The translations under genes and the position numbers were made by a program. A stretch of DNA of 64,000 bases, taken from the IMG/VR virus record IMGVR_UViG_3300031857_000018, positions 64,001 through 128,000 of that record, one strand, 5' to 3'. This DNA comes from a virus. This document shows, in pieces, positions 10,753 to 21,267 of the stretch; position 1 is the stretch's first letter, and the number at the start of each line of letters is the position of its first letter. Below the pieces are notes generated by a model, which was not told the origin of the DNA, made no database searches, and saw nothing but the letters and a program-made list of their open reading frames with translations.

Positions 10753-11625
10753 TTATTCAATCGGCTGATTCCATTCGTCCACATTCTTACTAGCATCAGT
10801 TACAACCATATATGTTTGTTCTGAAAATATTGTATGTCGATCCGGTTGTCCTGCAAAAGCACCGATACCAAAAGAATCTCCAATTTCAAATTCTGAATTT
10901 GAAATTATTTCATCTATAAATAAATTTTGAGTTTCACCTGGTGCAATTGCACCAAACACATAGTCGCCGCTTGGCACCGTTCTACCATTTGCATATGTTT
11001 CAGCACCACCACTATCGGTTTGTATAGGTCTATAATATCGATTAAGTGGTTTTTCTGGGCCACCCCGCATTATAGTAAAATATGCTGTTCCATATACATC
11101 ACCTAACCCGGTAGATAAAAAGTAATGTGCAACTTTAACTCGTATTCGAAGATCCGCACCCGAATTTTTAATTTCTTTCGTAATATAATACGTATTTGTA
11201 ACAGTTTGAATAGCCCCTTCTACGACAGCATCCATTAGTATTCCAGACGGTATTCCTCCGGCATTAATAACTCTGTTTTCGCTAGGTTTATATCGTGCGT
11301 ATATCGGATCTTGCTCCAATTCAATATTAATATTTACATCTGCAGCAGATGGTCTAATAGTAGCAGGAAAACTAAAATATTCAAAATTTGTATCAACTGC
11401 ATCTAAAAAGGATCTTTTTTGTATTTGTTTACGAACAGTTTCTATAATTAGAAGTTGATTATCTTCTTTAGCTTCTTGCAATATGATATTTCCGCGGTCG
11501 TCCCGACTAACAATGTTTGGATTGTTTGACATAACAGTTAACCCGTTCAACCGATAGGGTGATTCGGTTCTGAAGTTAATCGGGTCGACTAATAGTTGTG
11601 TCGTTTTAATATCTGTAATATTCAT
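10753..11625 (-). CDS. Hypothetical structural protein
   Basis: 290-aa ORF tightly coupled within the baseplate operon. Confidence 0.5.
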   Translation of the reverse strand: MNITDIKTTQLLVDPINFRTESPYRLNGLTVMSNNPNIVSRDDRGNIILQEAKEDNQLLIIETVRKQIQKRSFLDAVDTNFEYFSFPATIRPSAADVNINIELEQDPIYARYKPSENRVINAGGIPSGILMDAVVEGAIQTVTNTYYITKEIKNSGADLRIRVKVAHYFLSTGLGDVYGTAYFTIMRGGPEKPLNRYYRPIQTDSGGAETYANGRTVPSGDYVFGAIAPGETQNLFIDEIISNSEFEIGDSFGIGAFAGQPDRHTIFSEQTYMVVTDASKNVDEWNQPIE

Positions 11626-12743
11626 TATCTAACTACTTTAAAATATATCTGATCGGTGATATATTGTTCTTCAATGCCACTTACAATTTTTAATTCTAAA
11701 CGATAATATCGTTCTGGCATAAAACCGTTCAAATCTAAATAAATAAAATTGCTGGTTGAATCGCAACTCACTTTAGTATAAATATTGTCGTACGGAATTA
11801 TGACCTCATCTGTAGCGGCATCTAAAACTGAGTAGTATGTAGTAGATGGTAAATACTTAACCGTTTCTATAGGAAACAGATTAGTCGGTGATTTTCTAGG
11901 AAATTTATCTCGACCAAATATTCTAATTTTAGCAATTTCTGTATCTTTATACGTAGGTTTAACGCGTGTATAAGTTGTATATGACTCAGTGTCTAATGCT
12001 GTTAATGAACCCGTTGTAAAAGTGCTGTTATCCCAGTACATAGTTAATCTAGGAACATATATAGTATGGGTTTCACGACTAAAATATCGTATATACCCAG
12101 CTAATGAACCTGAGGCTTCATATGCATCTGAAAATTGCAATAAAAATCCATGATTAGGAATAGTAGCACCACCGGAACCACTCAGCCAAATTTTTACCGC
12201 ATCTGTAACATCCATATTAATATCAGTAGTACGATATGAAAATGATTCTGATGTTATTAGGCCCGATGTAGAACCAGCAGATGCTGATTGGAACATCCAA
12301 GATCCGCCACCCCCGCTTCCAGAAGTGTATAGTGTGCTTGTGCCAATTTGTATGTTTTGACTACTCGATATCCATGTACTACCCGACATTGGTCCTGTCC
12401 ATGATGCACCGTCGATGTTTACACCACTTGATGCACCAGTACCATTAATCCAATTTTGAGCAACTAGTTTTGCACAAATATCATATTCTGATGATAAATT
12501 TTTTGCATGGGATGTATATAACTGTAACATGAATTTACAATCATTAACAGTTTTTCCATATTTTGACAATGATGCTGAAACTTCAGTCATATCAAACTTA
12601 AGCACGGATCTAGATTTTAGATATGTAGAACCTTCATCATCTAGATGTTTACCAATTTCTAAAAGTTCATCTAGACCATAGTTATAAGCCGGAGTTTGCT
12701 CATACAACGTAGTGTCTTTTTCAGCATAAAATATTTTAAACAT
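11625..12743 (-). CDS. Structural protein, DNRLRE-like domain
   Basis: KDTTLYE..P..NYG..ELLEIG...RSVLKFD...W.NG...DVTDAVK.W...NHGFLL...F.SRE...P.L pattern. Confidence 0.55.
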   Translation of the reverse strand: MFKIFYAEKDTTLYEQTPAYNYGLDELLEIGKHLDDEGSTYLKSRSVLKFDMTEVSASLSKYGKTVNDCKFMLQLYTSHAKNLSSEYDICAKLVAQNWINGTGASSGVNIDGASWTGPMSGSTWISSSQNIQIGTSTLYTSGSGGGGSWMFQSASAGSTSGLITSESFSYRTTDINMDVTDAVKIWLSGSGGATIPNHGFLLQFSDAYEASGSLAGYIRYFSRETHTIYVPRLTMYWDNSTFTTGSLTALDTESYTTYTRVKPTYKDTEIAKIRIFGRDKFPRKSPTNLFPIETVKYLPSTTYYSVLDAATDEVIIPYDNIYTKVSCDSTSNFIYLDLNGFMPERYYRLELKIVSGIEEQYITDQIYFKVVR

Positions 12744-12752
12744 GAATTATCC

Positions 12753-14633
12753 TTAATAATTTACTACACGACCGCGTATATCCTGATTAGGAAATTTAAC
12801 TTCGAATATACTAGGATCCAATGATGGATAAATAACACCATTTCTAGTAGCAGTTGTTAAATCATATACGTTGCCGGAATAGTTTTGTAATGTGTCGTAT
12901 AAGTTTTTAAATTGAACACCGATTACAGATTGTACTCCTTTTACATTGGCTAATGTAGTAGAAATATCTGATTTTACAACTGGCTGATTTATTTGCCATT
13001 TATCAATATCAAAATATGATTTTAATTCAGCAATACAACGCAACAAAACATCGTTGCTATTATAATTTGGAAGCACTGAAATTTCAAAGTCTACACCGAT
13101 ATTAATAATAAATGCATCTTTAATATTTAACGCATCCGTGAGTATCCGGTAAAAATTCAGATACGTTTTCAAGTTTTCTTTTATTGCTTGATTTAGTTGT
13201 ACCAATTGTTTTGATTGATTGTATCCTAAAACATACATGTTCAATGCAAATGGATTTGGTATTCTAGATGTCTCATATGATTGCTGAGTAATTTGATCAT
13301 CTGGTACAATATACGCTTTTGAAACACTGCCGTATTTTGCTGGCATCGAATAAGCTCGTATAATGTAATCTTCACGCGTTACTGATCTATTTTGTGCTGC
13401 AAAATTTGCTAATGCATTATTTTTAATATCTTGCAAAGTTTCTGCAGTTTTAGCACCTGACGCTGGATCTGGATTATTAACTGCAATTGAACTTTTAATA
13501 AAGTTAACCATTGAATTTGAAATGGTAGAATTTACATCATCATTGTATTCAATGAATTTAATAACTTTTAATTTGTTTGCAGCAACGTTATCCTCAATTC
13601 CATTTCCAACCACATATGTTACAGTTAATGTAGTATTAGCAGGAGCTTGACCATATGTTCTAGTATATAAAAAATTAGATGGGTCAATATCAATATCTAC
13701 ACCTTTTCTAACCGTAGATAATCCATTACCTACATTTGTTGGGTTTGGTATAATTTCTTCATCATTGTTATCAGAAATACCAGCTCCAAACTGTAATTCT
13801 AATTTATTGTCACTTCGTAATCTAGTTATAAAACGTTTTGCGGTGCGTTTCATTTTTAATAAACTAGGAGCAGATGACCTGTATGCATTTAAATCTGGAT
13901 CGTTTTCTAATAGATTTGGAACAGCTTCAAATATTGTATCTTGAGCCAAGTATGGAACTTCATACCAATTATCACCATCTGATTCTTCAACTGAAACAAT
14001 TTCAATGATATTTGTATCAGATAACACAATTTTATCATAAGCAATTGGAGAGTTGAATGTGAATTGTGATGTTTTTACTGTACCACTAACTGCTTTAACC
14101 GTTTTCTTTAAAAGATAATATACCGGTAAATTGGTTGCATCATCAGTTTCGTATACGGTTACTTCTGTTGGGTCTGACGATGATGAGTATGCAAAATCCA
14201 CCGAATCCAGAGTACGGAATTCTGCAGCACCATCTTCTTGTTTTACCTGAAACCCAGGTTTAATTGACAACGCATAGTTATAATCAGGGGCAATATTTGC
14301 ACCGGAACCAATTGCTGGCAATAATTGAAACACATCCATAGTTGCATATGCAGGAACAGCATTTTTAGGAGTATATCCTAAAGACTTAGCTAAATCAAAT
14401 ATGTTAGCTCGTTCAGATGCTTGTTCAAGCAACGACTCCTTTAAATTAGAATCTGCATAGTATGATAAAACATCCCCTATATAGGATGCCATCTCAATAA
14501 AAATCATGCCAGGCGATGATTCATTGAAATCAGTGTATGTATCTGGAAAGTACTGTTTGGTAAAGTCAATTAAGTTTTTTCTAAATTGACCAAAATCTTT
14601 TCCTAGATATGATATTTCTTTTTTTGTATTCAT
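12753..14633 (-). CDS. Baseplate wedge subunit (T4 gp6 / baseplate J-like)
   Basis: KDFGQFRKNL, DFNESSPG, AKSLGY, LQFGAG, YVVGNG and AQNRSVTREDY motifs. Confidence 0.85.
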   Translation of the reverse strand: MNTKKEISYLGKDFGQFRKNLIDFTKQYFPDTYTDFNESSPGMIFIEMASYIGDVLSYYADSNLKESLLEQASERANIFDLAKSLGYTPKNAVPAYATMDVFQLLPAIGSGANIAPDYNYALSIKPGFQVKQEDGAAEFRTLDSVDFAYSSSSDPTEVTVYETDDATNLPVYYLLKKTVKAVSGTVKTSQFTFNSPIAYDKIVLSDTNIIEIVSVEESDGDNWYEVPYLAQDTIFEAVPNLLENDPDLNAYRSSAPSLLKMKRTAKRFITRLRSDNKLELQFGAGISDNNDEEIIPNPTNVGNGLSTVRKGVDIDIDPSNFLYTRTYGQAPANTTLTVTYVVGNGIEDNVAANKLKVIKFIEYNDDVNSTISNSMVNFIKSSIAVNNPDPASGAKTAETLQDIKNNALANFAAQNRSVTREDYIIRAYSMPAKYGSVSKAYIVPDDQITQQSYETSRIPNPFALNMYVLGYNQSKQLVQLNQAIKENLKTYLNFYRILTDALNIKDAFIINIGVDFEISVLPNYNSNDVLLRCIAELKSYFDIDKWQINQPVVKSDISTTLANVKGVQSVIGVQFKNLYDTLQNYSGNVYDLTTATRNGVIYPSLDPSIFEVKFPNQDIRGRVVNY

Positions 14634-14635
14634 GT

Positions 14636-15076
14636 TTATTCAATCCGAATTACGCCATTTTCATTTGCAAAAATAACAATTGTATTTGTTTCGATTTCAC
14701 TGATAGAATATGTTATTGAAACTTTAACTGTGTAATTTAAAATAGCATCGCTTTGATTAAATTCTACATCTACATTGTCTAAGGTTATGTAAGGTAACCA
14801 ATATGAAACCGCATCACGTATAGTAGTAACAATTCGTTGTTCTGTTATATCAGTCATTGGTTCAAACAATGCGTTCAATAAATCCGTACCAAATCTAGGT
14901 TGCTCATATCGTTCACCTTTTCTGGTTAATAACAGATTTTTAAAATTCGCAGTTGCCTGAGAATTATTATCGTAATTTATAGAAAAAACTCCAGTACCAT
15001 TGAACGGCAATTTAATTCCTAAACCAACTAAATTTGTTGTATCGTTTGCGGTTACCGTTTCAATTTTATATGACAT
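14636..15076 (-). CDS. Baseplate wedge gp25/GPW-like protein
   Basis: NLLLTRKGER...P.FGT.L...LFEP...W.PYI. Confidence 0.88.
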   Translation of the reverse strand: MSYKIETVTANDTTNLVGLGIKLPFNGTGVFSINYDNNSQATANFKNLLLTRKGERYEQPRFGTDLLNALFEPMTDITEQRIVTTIRDAVSYWLPYITLDNVDVEFNQSDAILNYTVKVSITYSISEIETNTIVIFANENGVIRIE

Positions 15077-15582
15077 TACATACCTTTTTTCTTATCAATT
15101 GCTTTCATCATGGCAGAATAATCTCGAGTCATTGCAGCTGCTACTGTAGGATCAACTTCATACACTTTACCAGTTTCTGGATCTTCCATTACTTTTGGGG
15201 CAGTCGGTGCCATACCTAAAGATTCTTTCATGTTTTGACGCATTGCACCGAATCCAATAGCATCTGCTGATGTCATTCGAATTTCGTCAAAACTTTCATT
15301 CATCATATCTTTGAAACTATTCATTGCTAACGGTTGTTGTTCTGACAATGGATCTGTTTCATTTAATACCGATGCCCAACGATTATCTTCAAACATTGGT
15401 TTCTTCTTTGTCGGCGTGTTTTGCTGGCGTGATACATTATGTGGTTTTACAGGACGTTTCATTTCAGTAATCGTTTTCTGTAATCCTTCGCGAAGAATTT
15501 CGGTTAATTCTTCCTGAATAACCGAACGTACTTCTTCTCGTACCACCCGTTTTAGTGCTTGTATAAGTGTTTTACTATCCAT
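15076..15582 (-). CDS. Hypothetical virion-associated protein
   Basis: 168 aa with repeated V/I/L-x-E in the N-terminus; late motif upstream. Confidence 0.5.
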   Translation of the reverse strand: MDSKTLIQALKRVVREEVRSVIQEELTEILREGLQKTITEMKRPVKPHNVSRQQNTPTKKKPMFEDNRWASVLNETDPLSEQQPLAMNSFKDMMNESFDEIRMTSADAIGFGAMRQNMKESLGMAPTAPKVMEDPETGKVYEVDPTVAAAMTRDYSAMMKAIDKKKGM

Positions 15583-15625
15583 ATGATATTATTTATTAAT
15601 AAATATAAACATGTATAAAATGTAA

Positions 15626-16453
15626 TTAAATCCAAGCGGTATATGATACCTTAGGACCGATTATAGCTTGTGTATCTAAATCAACATAATAATCGCCAGG
15701 TTTTCCTAAGTTCGGATCTGGTAAACCGTTGCCACGATATACCAAACTTGGAGCTTCTTGCAGTGATTGTAATAAATCTTGTTGCTGCTGTAATATTTGT
15801 TGAATTAAATCAGATCGATCTGATAAGTCTTTTGAATTTACGTTATCTTCAGTATAAAACTCGGTATCAACAAGATCGTTATAATCTTGAATATCTGAAT
15901 CTCCTAATAAATTTTCAGGAATAGAAACCTCCGGAGTATTCTCACCACAAGCTCCTTCTACTCGTTGCAATGCTGATAATATAGGAGGAATAACGGTTTG
16001 TATTTTTGCTGTTAATGCTGGTGGAACTTGCTCAAATTGTTTTAAAGATTCTAATGCATTAACAATTGTAGCATCTTGAATTAAAGTTAATTGCGTTGCA
16101 ATAAATACCGCAGCAGTTGCTGGATTTGATAATTGTGCTGCAGATATTGCAGCTTTGATAGCAACAGCCGTATTAACAATTTGTTTAACTGTGTTAATCG
16201 TAGTTTGTATTTTAGGTATAGTTTCTTGTATCTTTGTAATTTGTTCCTGAACTTGAGCTAACTGTTCTTTAATTTTTTTCATTCTAGGATCATCGCATTT
16301 AACATTCGTTGCTAGTTTTATAGAATCAGTAACCGTAGTAGTAACAGTTTGTAACAACACATCGGTTTGTTTGTTAACCTGTTTAATGGTTTCCGTTACT
16401 GCTATCGATGGCAGTTTAGGTATAAAATCTAATGGTGGAACTATTGCACTCAT
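15626..16453 (-). CDS. Hypothetical helical structural protein
   Basis: Coiled-coil-like body; C-terminal G.P....G..GDYYVD motif seen in tail proteins. Confidence 0.5.
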   Translation of the reverse strand: MSAIVPPLDFIPKLPSIAVTETIKQVNKQTDVLLQTVTTTVTDSIKLATNVKCDDPRMKKIKEQLAQVQEQITKIQETIPKIQTTINTVKQIVNTAVAIKAAISAAQLSNPATAAVFIATQLTLIQDATIVNALESLKQFEQVPPALTAKIQTVIPPILSALQRVEGACGENTPEVSIPENLLGDSDIQDYNDLVDTEFYTEDNVNSKDLSDRSDLIQQILQQQQDLLQSLQEAPSLVYRGNGLPDPNLGKPGDYYVDLDTQAIIGPKVSYTAWI

Positions 16454-16454
16454 A

Positions 16455-17510
16455 TTATGATATTTTCTTTTGTATGAAATATTTAGAACTTAACAACTCT
16501 TGAAGTTGATTTTGTGCTGATGTTAGTGCACTTTTATCTAGAAACGTACCTGCCATCGAACCACATTGAATTGGCATATTTAATTGATTTAAAATTTGTT
16601 GAAGAACGTTTAATAAAACATTTCCATGTACCAATGATTGATCTGCGGTGTCAGAACCTATTTTAACTTCGCCGGTTGTGTTTAACACAATTCCTTTTGG
16701 TGAATCTATTACCGCAATATCAGTTTTTGCTTTTAACACAATACGATCAGCAGTACCAATAAATTGAGACTGCGCGTAATTAGATTCATTTGGATAAAAA
16801 TATGTTAATGAATTTTTCTTACGAGGTGCACCAAATTGTAAATCTGGAATTTTTTGTGTACTAGTTAAGTACAGAGATGCTCCATCAGTTTTAATGTTTT
16901 CAGTAACAAACTGTTTGCCTTTTTTATTTTCTCGATTATTTGAAAGAATAATAATTGGATCACCAACTGCATCTCCTAACCATGGTGATTGCAATGTATA
17001 CCGGTCAGAGTCAGGTACTGTGCTTCCTAATCGGATACTGTTACCCCAACGACCTTCAATCATTAAATCACCTTCAAATGGTTGTAATGGCGATATAATT
17101 TTAGATTGGAATGTTTTCCCTGGTATGATTTTTTTAACATCGCTTTCTGTAATTGTATCTCCATATGAGATTCCTGGTAAGAAATTTTCATTTACACCTG
17201 ATGAAATTGAGTATGGAGAAAAATAATACCAGTCTATTCCGGTATTATCCAGAGTGGTTTCTTGATTATACGCCCGGAATATTAATACATGTTCGCCTAC
17301 TAAAGGAATTTGCTTAATATTGTTATTGAATGGCCTACATGTTCGTATATCATGTTTATTGGTCATTCTATTAACACTTTGAACACGAACTGTGAATAAT
17401 CGATCATCTAACCGGTCGCCATTTACAGTCTCATATCGATAAGTTTCATCAAAAGTATCAATAACTTCTGCAACTTCAAATAAGATATAATCTGGATTAT
17501 CCATTGGCAT
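16455..17510 (-). CDS. Baseplate hub/spike (gp5/Vgr-like OB-fold) protein
   Basis: PLVGEHVLI, GDLMIEGRWGNSIRLGS, beta-rich C-terminus and LVHGN..L pattern. Confidence 0.6.
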   Translation of the reverse strand: MPMDNPDYILFEVAEVIDTFDETYRYETVNGDRLDDRLFTVRVQSVNRMTNKHDIRTCRPFNNNIKQIPLVGEHVLIFRAYNQETTLDNTGIDWYYFSPYSISSGVNENFLPGISYGDTITESDVKKIIPGKTFQSKIISPLQPFEGDLMIEGRWGNSIRLGSTVPDSDRYTLQSPWLGDAVGDPIIILSNNRENKKGKQFVTENIKTDGASLYLTSTQKIPDLQFGAPRKKNSLTYFYPNESNYAQSQFIGTADRIVLKAKTDIAVIDSPKGIVLNTTGEVKIGSDTADQSLVHGNVLLNVLQQILNQLNMPIQCGSMAGTFLDKSALTSAQNQLQELLSSKYFIQKKIS

Positions 17511-17934
17511 CGCTAGTTCCTATCTTTGTTTTAACATCATTAATTTTTTGTTGTAAAACAGTTTCTTCGTCGGAAATTCGCTCTAACTCATCTTCTAATT
17601 CGGAACTCAGAGTGGCTTCTGCAACCTTTAATAGTTGTTGTTTTTCTTCATCACTTAAAAGACCATCAGCACCTGCAATAGTCTGTTTGGTTGAAATGAA
17701 TCTTTGTACAATAGCAGTTAATTTAACCAAGTGGTCATCATTTTTAACTGCTACATCTAAATATTCTTTGATCAGTGGAACTATGATAGTTGCGTCTGAT
17801 GCATTTTTTATTAATGGCTGTAACTGGGCAATAAGTTGGTTGATTTGTCTATCTTTCTTTTTAGAATTGTGATAAACATCGGACATTAAATCTGCAAAAC
17901 TAGTTCCTTTGAATAGTTCATCATTCTTATCCAT
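17497..17934 (-). CDS. Conserved hypothetical helical protein
   Basis: 145-aa ORF with late motif upstream. Confidence 0.5.
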   Translation of the reverse strand: MDKNDELFKGTSFADLMSDVYHNSKKKDRQINQLIAQLQPLIKNASDATIIVPLIKEYLDVAVKNDDHLVKLTAIVQRFISTKQTIAGADGLLSDEEKQQLLKVAEATLSSELEDELERISDEETVLQQKINDVKTKIGTSDANG

Positions 17935-17959
17935 AACGTAAATTCCTTTAATATAAATA

Positions 17960-18667
17960 TCAAAAAGGCAGATTTACGAAGTTTGTTTGTTCATACTCTT
18001 TAAAGTTGTCTTCATAGATTTGTTTTAATACTTTAACCACTCTGGTAACTGCATTAGTTTGTGATGCATCTAGTCCCGTTCGTTCGCGTATTAAAATATA
18101 TAAACGTTTTTTATTGAAATCTTCAATGTGTTCTCGATTCTCAAAAATGTGAAGTATGGAGTCAGCGACATGTATATCAGTGGAATTTGAAAACAAATAA
18201 TTTATGTTGTTATAACAATATTCTACATATGCATCCATGAAATACTCTAATACTTCCCGCATTTCATCATTATGCATTTCAATGATAACATTGCGTTGTT
18301 CATCGATATTTAATTCCAATGCATCTGCTTTTCGTTTTTTATACGCTCTTTCATTTTCACCTATTAGGTAGTTATATGATGTTCTGGTATAATATGAATA
18401 TGCCTTTCCTGCATTTGGATTAAATTTGTTTAATCGTTCAGTTAAAAATGTAACTAGATCGGTTTGCAAATCAACAAATGTGGAATCAATATAAGTTGGC
18501 TTTACAGTGTTAATTAAATTTTCAGCCATTTTCATAAATGCCGGATAAATAAATCTTCTGTAAATCTTTTCTCGGAGAACAGGATTATCTGTTTTATTAT
18601 ATCCTAGTATTGCTAACTCAGTAATACGTGTAAAGTATACATTACTTTTCTTCTTGCGCTTCGCCAT
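17960..18667 (-). CDS. Sigma-like late transcription factor (T4 gp55-like)
   Basis: F.KMAENLI...Y....DLQ.D.V.FL...L.KFNP..GKAYSYYT region-2-like pattern. Confidence 0.6.
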   Translation of the reverse strand: MAKRKKKSNVYFTRITELAILGYNKTDNPVLREKIYRRFIYPAFMKMAENLINTVKPTYIDSTFVDLQTDLVTFLTERLNKFNPNAGKAYSYYTRTSYNYLIGENERAYKKRKADALELNIDEQRNVIIEMHNDEMREVLEYFMDAYVEYCYNNINYLFSNSTDIHVADSILHIFENREHIEDFNKKRLYILIRERTGLDASQTNAVTRVVKVLKQIYEDNFKEYEQTNFVNLPF

Positions 18668-18938
18668 CGAATGTTTCTTTAAGTTCGGTAATTACTTCAG
18701 TTAATAGTTGAAATGTAGTTCCTGCTTCATCATCTTTTTCAAAAGCACCTAAACGATCTATGCGTTGCATCACATCATAAGCTTCTGTAATTTTGCTATA
18801 CATGTAACGATTTGTAACTTCTAAATCTTCAATATATTCCTGTGCATCGGCAGTTGTTCCTGCTAGATACCAAATACGGTATCCCGCATATCCTATAATA
18901 CCAAACAGTATTACAACTAATATTATCATCCAAATCAT
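18642..18938 (-). CDS. Membrane-anchored hypothetical protein
   Basis: N-terminal hydrophobic helix. Confidence 0.55.
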   Translation of the reverse strand: MIWMIILVVILFGIIGYAGYRIWYLAGTTADAQEYIEDLEVTNRYMYSKITEAYDVMQRIDRLGAFEKDDEAGTTFQLLTEVITELKETFDGEAQEEK

Positions 18939-18940
18939 AA

Positions 18941-19717
18941 TTAATCCTGATTAAATGCACTAAAAATATCCGTTAATGTTTTTTCAACATCTGGGTTATT
19001 TTCTGCTAAGTTTTTAAGTCCGTTACTTTTTGTAATTTTGCTTTTTTCTGCTACCGGTGCTGGTGCTGTGGCTTTTGCATTTCTCCAACGCTCAAATTCA
19101 ATTGTCGACGCCATATGATCTGCATGATGCAAAATAATTGGTAGATTTGTTTTCAATTTAGCTTGAGGCGATCTTGCAACAAAGTATGGTTTATTTGCAT
19201 CATCATACATTCCATCATGAATTTTAATTGCTTGATATTCTGTCCAAGACAGTTTAACACCATATTCTTGCAACAACCAAATTGAAAGATCTGGTACCAT
19301 TGCAAACGGAATTGATGCATTTGTTTTGTAAAGTTTTCCTTGATTTTTACGATGCCAATCTGAAGTCTCAATTTGATATACTTCATTGCCTTCACCCGGG
19401 AAACCTGCTTTACCTAAATCATGATGCATTGCTGCGAATAGTAATTCTTCTTCGGTATAGCCTGACATATCAGCACCCATCACAGTCCAGGTATTATGCA
19501 AAGTTAATGCACAATCCATTACTCGGAGTACATGATCTACATAACCTCCAGCAAACGCATTATGAAAGTGTTCCATGGAAGATGCTGGCATAAACACCAT
19601 ACGATCTTCTAATTCATCATACATTTTATTTAATGCATCTTTACGGGTAGGAAATAAATCGTTGACCAAGCTACGATATCTTTCCCAATTATCTTTAATT
19701 TTTTCTGCTTCTAACAT
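18941..19717 (-). CDS. HD-domain phosphohydrolase
   Basis: HNAF.GGYVDH, HHDLGK, IHDG and HHAD motifs. Confidence 0.85.
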   Translation of the reverse strand: MLEAEKIKDNWERYRSLVNDLFPTRKDALNKMYDELEDRMVFMPASSMEHFHNAFAGGYVDHVLRVMDCALTLHNTWTVMGADMSGYTEEELLFAAMHHDLGKAGFPGEGNEVYQIETSDWHRKNQGKLYKTNASIPFAMVPDLSIWLLQEYGVKLSWTEYQAIKIHDGMYDDANKPYFVARSPQAKLKTNLPIILHHADHMASTIEFERWRNAKATAPAPVAEKSKITKSNGLKNLAENNPDVEKTLTDIFSAFNQD

Positions 19718-19738
19718 AGTTTATTAAATAATAGTATA

Positions 19739-19903
19739 TTACTTGCGTATTTCCAAGACTTGACCATTAACTAATTTCGATGTGCATTGCCAACATGTAA
19801 TTGAGGTTGCATTGTCATCTACTCGGTCTGATACATTATCGCAATATTTGCACTGTAATCGCTTGAAACCTTTTGGAGGTTTACTGTTTTTTGATTTTGC
19901 CAT
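19739..19903 (-). CDS. Small Zn-finger protein (54 aa, not in ORF track)
   Basis: Manual translation: MAKSKNSKPPKGFKRLQCKYCDNVSDRVDDNATSITCWQC..., two CxxC motifs. Confidence 0.65.
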   Translation of the reverse strand: MAKSKNSKPPKGFKRLQCKYCDNVSDRVDDNATSITCWQCTSKLVNGQVLEIRK

Positions 19904-19915
19904 ATGTGGATTTGA

Positions 19916-20095
19916 TTAATCTCGTTCGATATAATAACGAGCAGATTCTAACTTCTTAAGAGCTGCTGCTAAATTTGTAAGAGCTGATGGTTTATCAGTT
20001 TTACCTTCATTTAACGCTTTACCAACCATTTGAATGATGTTGATTGCATCCTCGATGTCATCTGTAATTTTGTTTTTGAATTTGTAATTTGCCAT
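19916..20095 (-). CDS. Hypothetical protein (59 aa, not in ORF track)
   Basis: Manual translation MANYKFKNKITDDIED...YYIERD; late motif upstream. Confidence 0.6.
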   Translation of the reverse strand: MANYKFKNKITDDIEDAINIIQMVGKALNEGKTDKPSALTNLAAALKKLESARYYIERD

Positions 20096-20138
20096 AACTT
20101 TGTTAGTTTTATAAATTTATACTTATATAATATAAATA

Positions 20139-21167
20139 TCAATCTACCAAAAACAGCTCCGGAGTTTTACAGCATTCGACACCTACCCGGATAAGCGCTT
20201 GCTCTTTAGCCTTTGCCTCAACCACAATATCTAAATCTATAACATTGTAAGTGTTAGGAGTAGCAAGAATAAAGTCAGCGTGTGCCTGTTCTTTGATCTT
20301 GGTAAACTCTTTGTATTGCTTGTGGAAAGTAGGCCAATTGGGCAAGTCAGCCATGTCGATACCATGATGATCAAACATACGCTCAATAAGTACCTGTGCT
20401 TCGCGACGTCGCGATTCTGAGTAATGAGTGCATTGAGTAACACCATGAAGTTGCCAAGTTTCACGCGCCATAAAGAATGCTTCTTCTTCGGACAAGTCAC
20501 CAGTATTGAAAGTATGATGCCAATAGTCAAACGTGATAGGAATAGCAATAGCTTGATGAACCGTCTCATACAAATCACGAACTGAGTACATAGAAGCCTT
20601 GTCGTCATTTTCTACAACAAGACGAGACTTGCAAGAGTCAGACAAACGATCCCAATTCTGTAACCATCTAGCAATAGTAGTGGGCTTGTCGCCATATGTA
20701 GCACCAATATGAATATTGATCTTGTTTTCGAAACTCGGAGCAAAGCCCATAAGGTCAAACATTTCAGAATGTCGTTCTAAACCGATAATAGAATTTTCTA
20801 CAACCACTGGATCGGGACTACCTAAGATATGGAATGGACCAGGATGCGTAGTAACACGATGGCCGTGCGCTCGAGCATAATCACCTGCAGCACGTAAGTG
20901 CATTGCAATCTCATCGATGCCTGGCAAATCTTCTAAACGATAATGATTCCAACGAGGAAATAATTCTGAACCGATACGAAATAGTCGAATACCATTGGCC
21001 TCGTTCCATTGCAGAATCTTGAGAAGATCTTTTGCGTTAGCAAGAGAAATATCAGAAGCAAGTTGTAACCCGCCTAGTCGAAATTTTCTGTCAATCATTG
21101 TGCGACCGGTACGGATACCTTGCTCGCCTAAGTGCATATTATTACATGCATAACCGTGTCTAATCAT
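20139..21167 (-). CDS. uvsE: UV-damage endonuclease (UvdE/UvsE)
   Basis: GYAC, IRLFRIGSELFP, HPGPF..LGS, IHIG, RLVVENDD, FDYWHH, HYSES, HAD and EAKAKE motifs. Confidence 0.93.
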   Translation of the reverse strand: MIRHGYACNNMHLGEQGIRTGRTMIDRKFRLGGLQLASDISLANAKDLLKILQWNEANGIRLFRIGSELFPRWNHYRLEDLPGIDEIAMHLRAAGDYARAHGHRVTTHPGPFHILGSPDPVVVENSIIGLERHSEMFDLMGFAPSFENKINIHIGATYGDKPTTIARWLQNWDRLSDSCKSRLVVENDDKASMYSVRDLYETVHQAIAIPITFDYWHHTFNTGDLSEEEAFFMARETWQLHGVTQCTHYSESRRREAQVLIERMFDHHGIDMADLPNWPTFHKQYKEFTKIKEQAHADFILATPNTYNVIDLDIVVEAKAKEQALIRVGVECCKTPELFLVD

Positions 21168-21267
21168 AGCATTTTTTTATAATATAAGAAAAATAATTCA
21201 AATAACCTAATATACCTGGTTTTTCAATGTATGTATATTTATATTAAAGAAACCTAAAAGGAACATA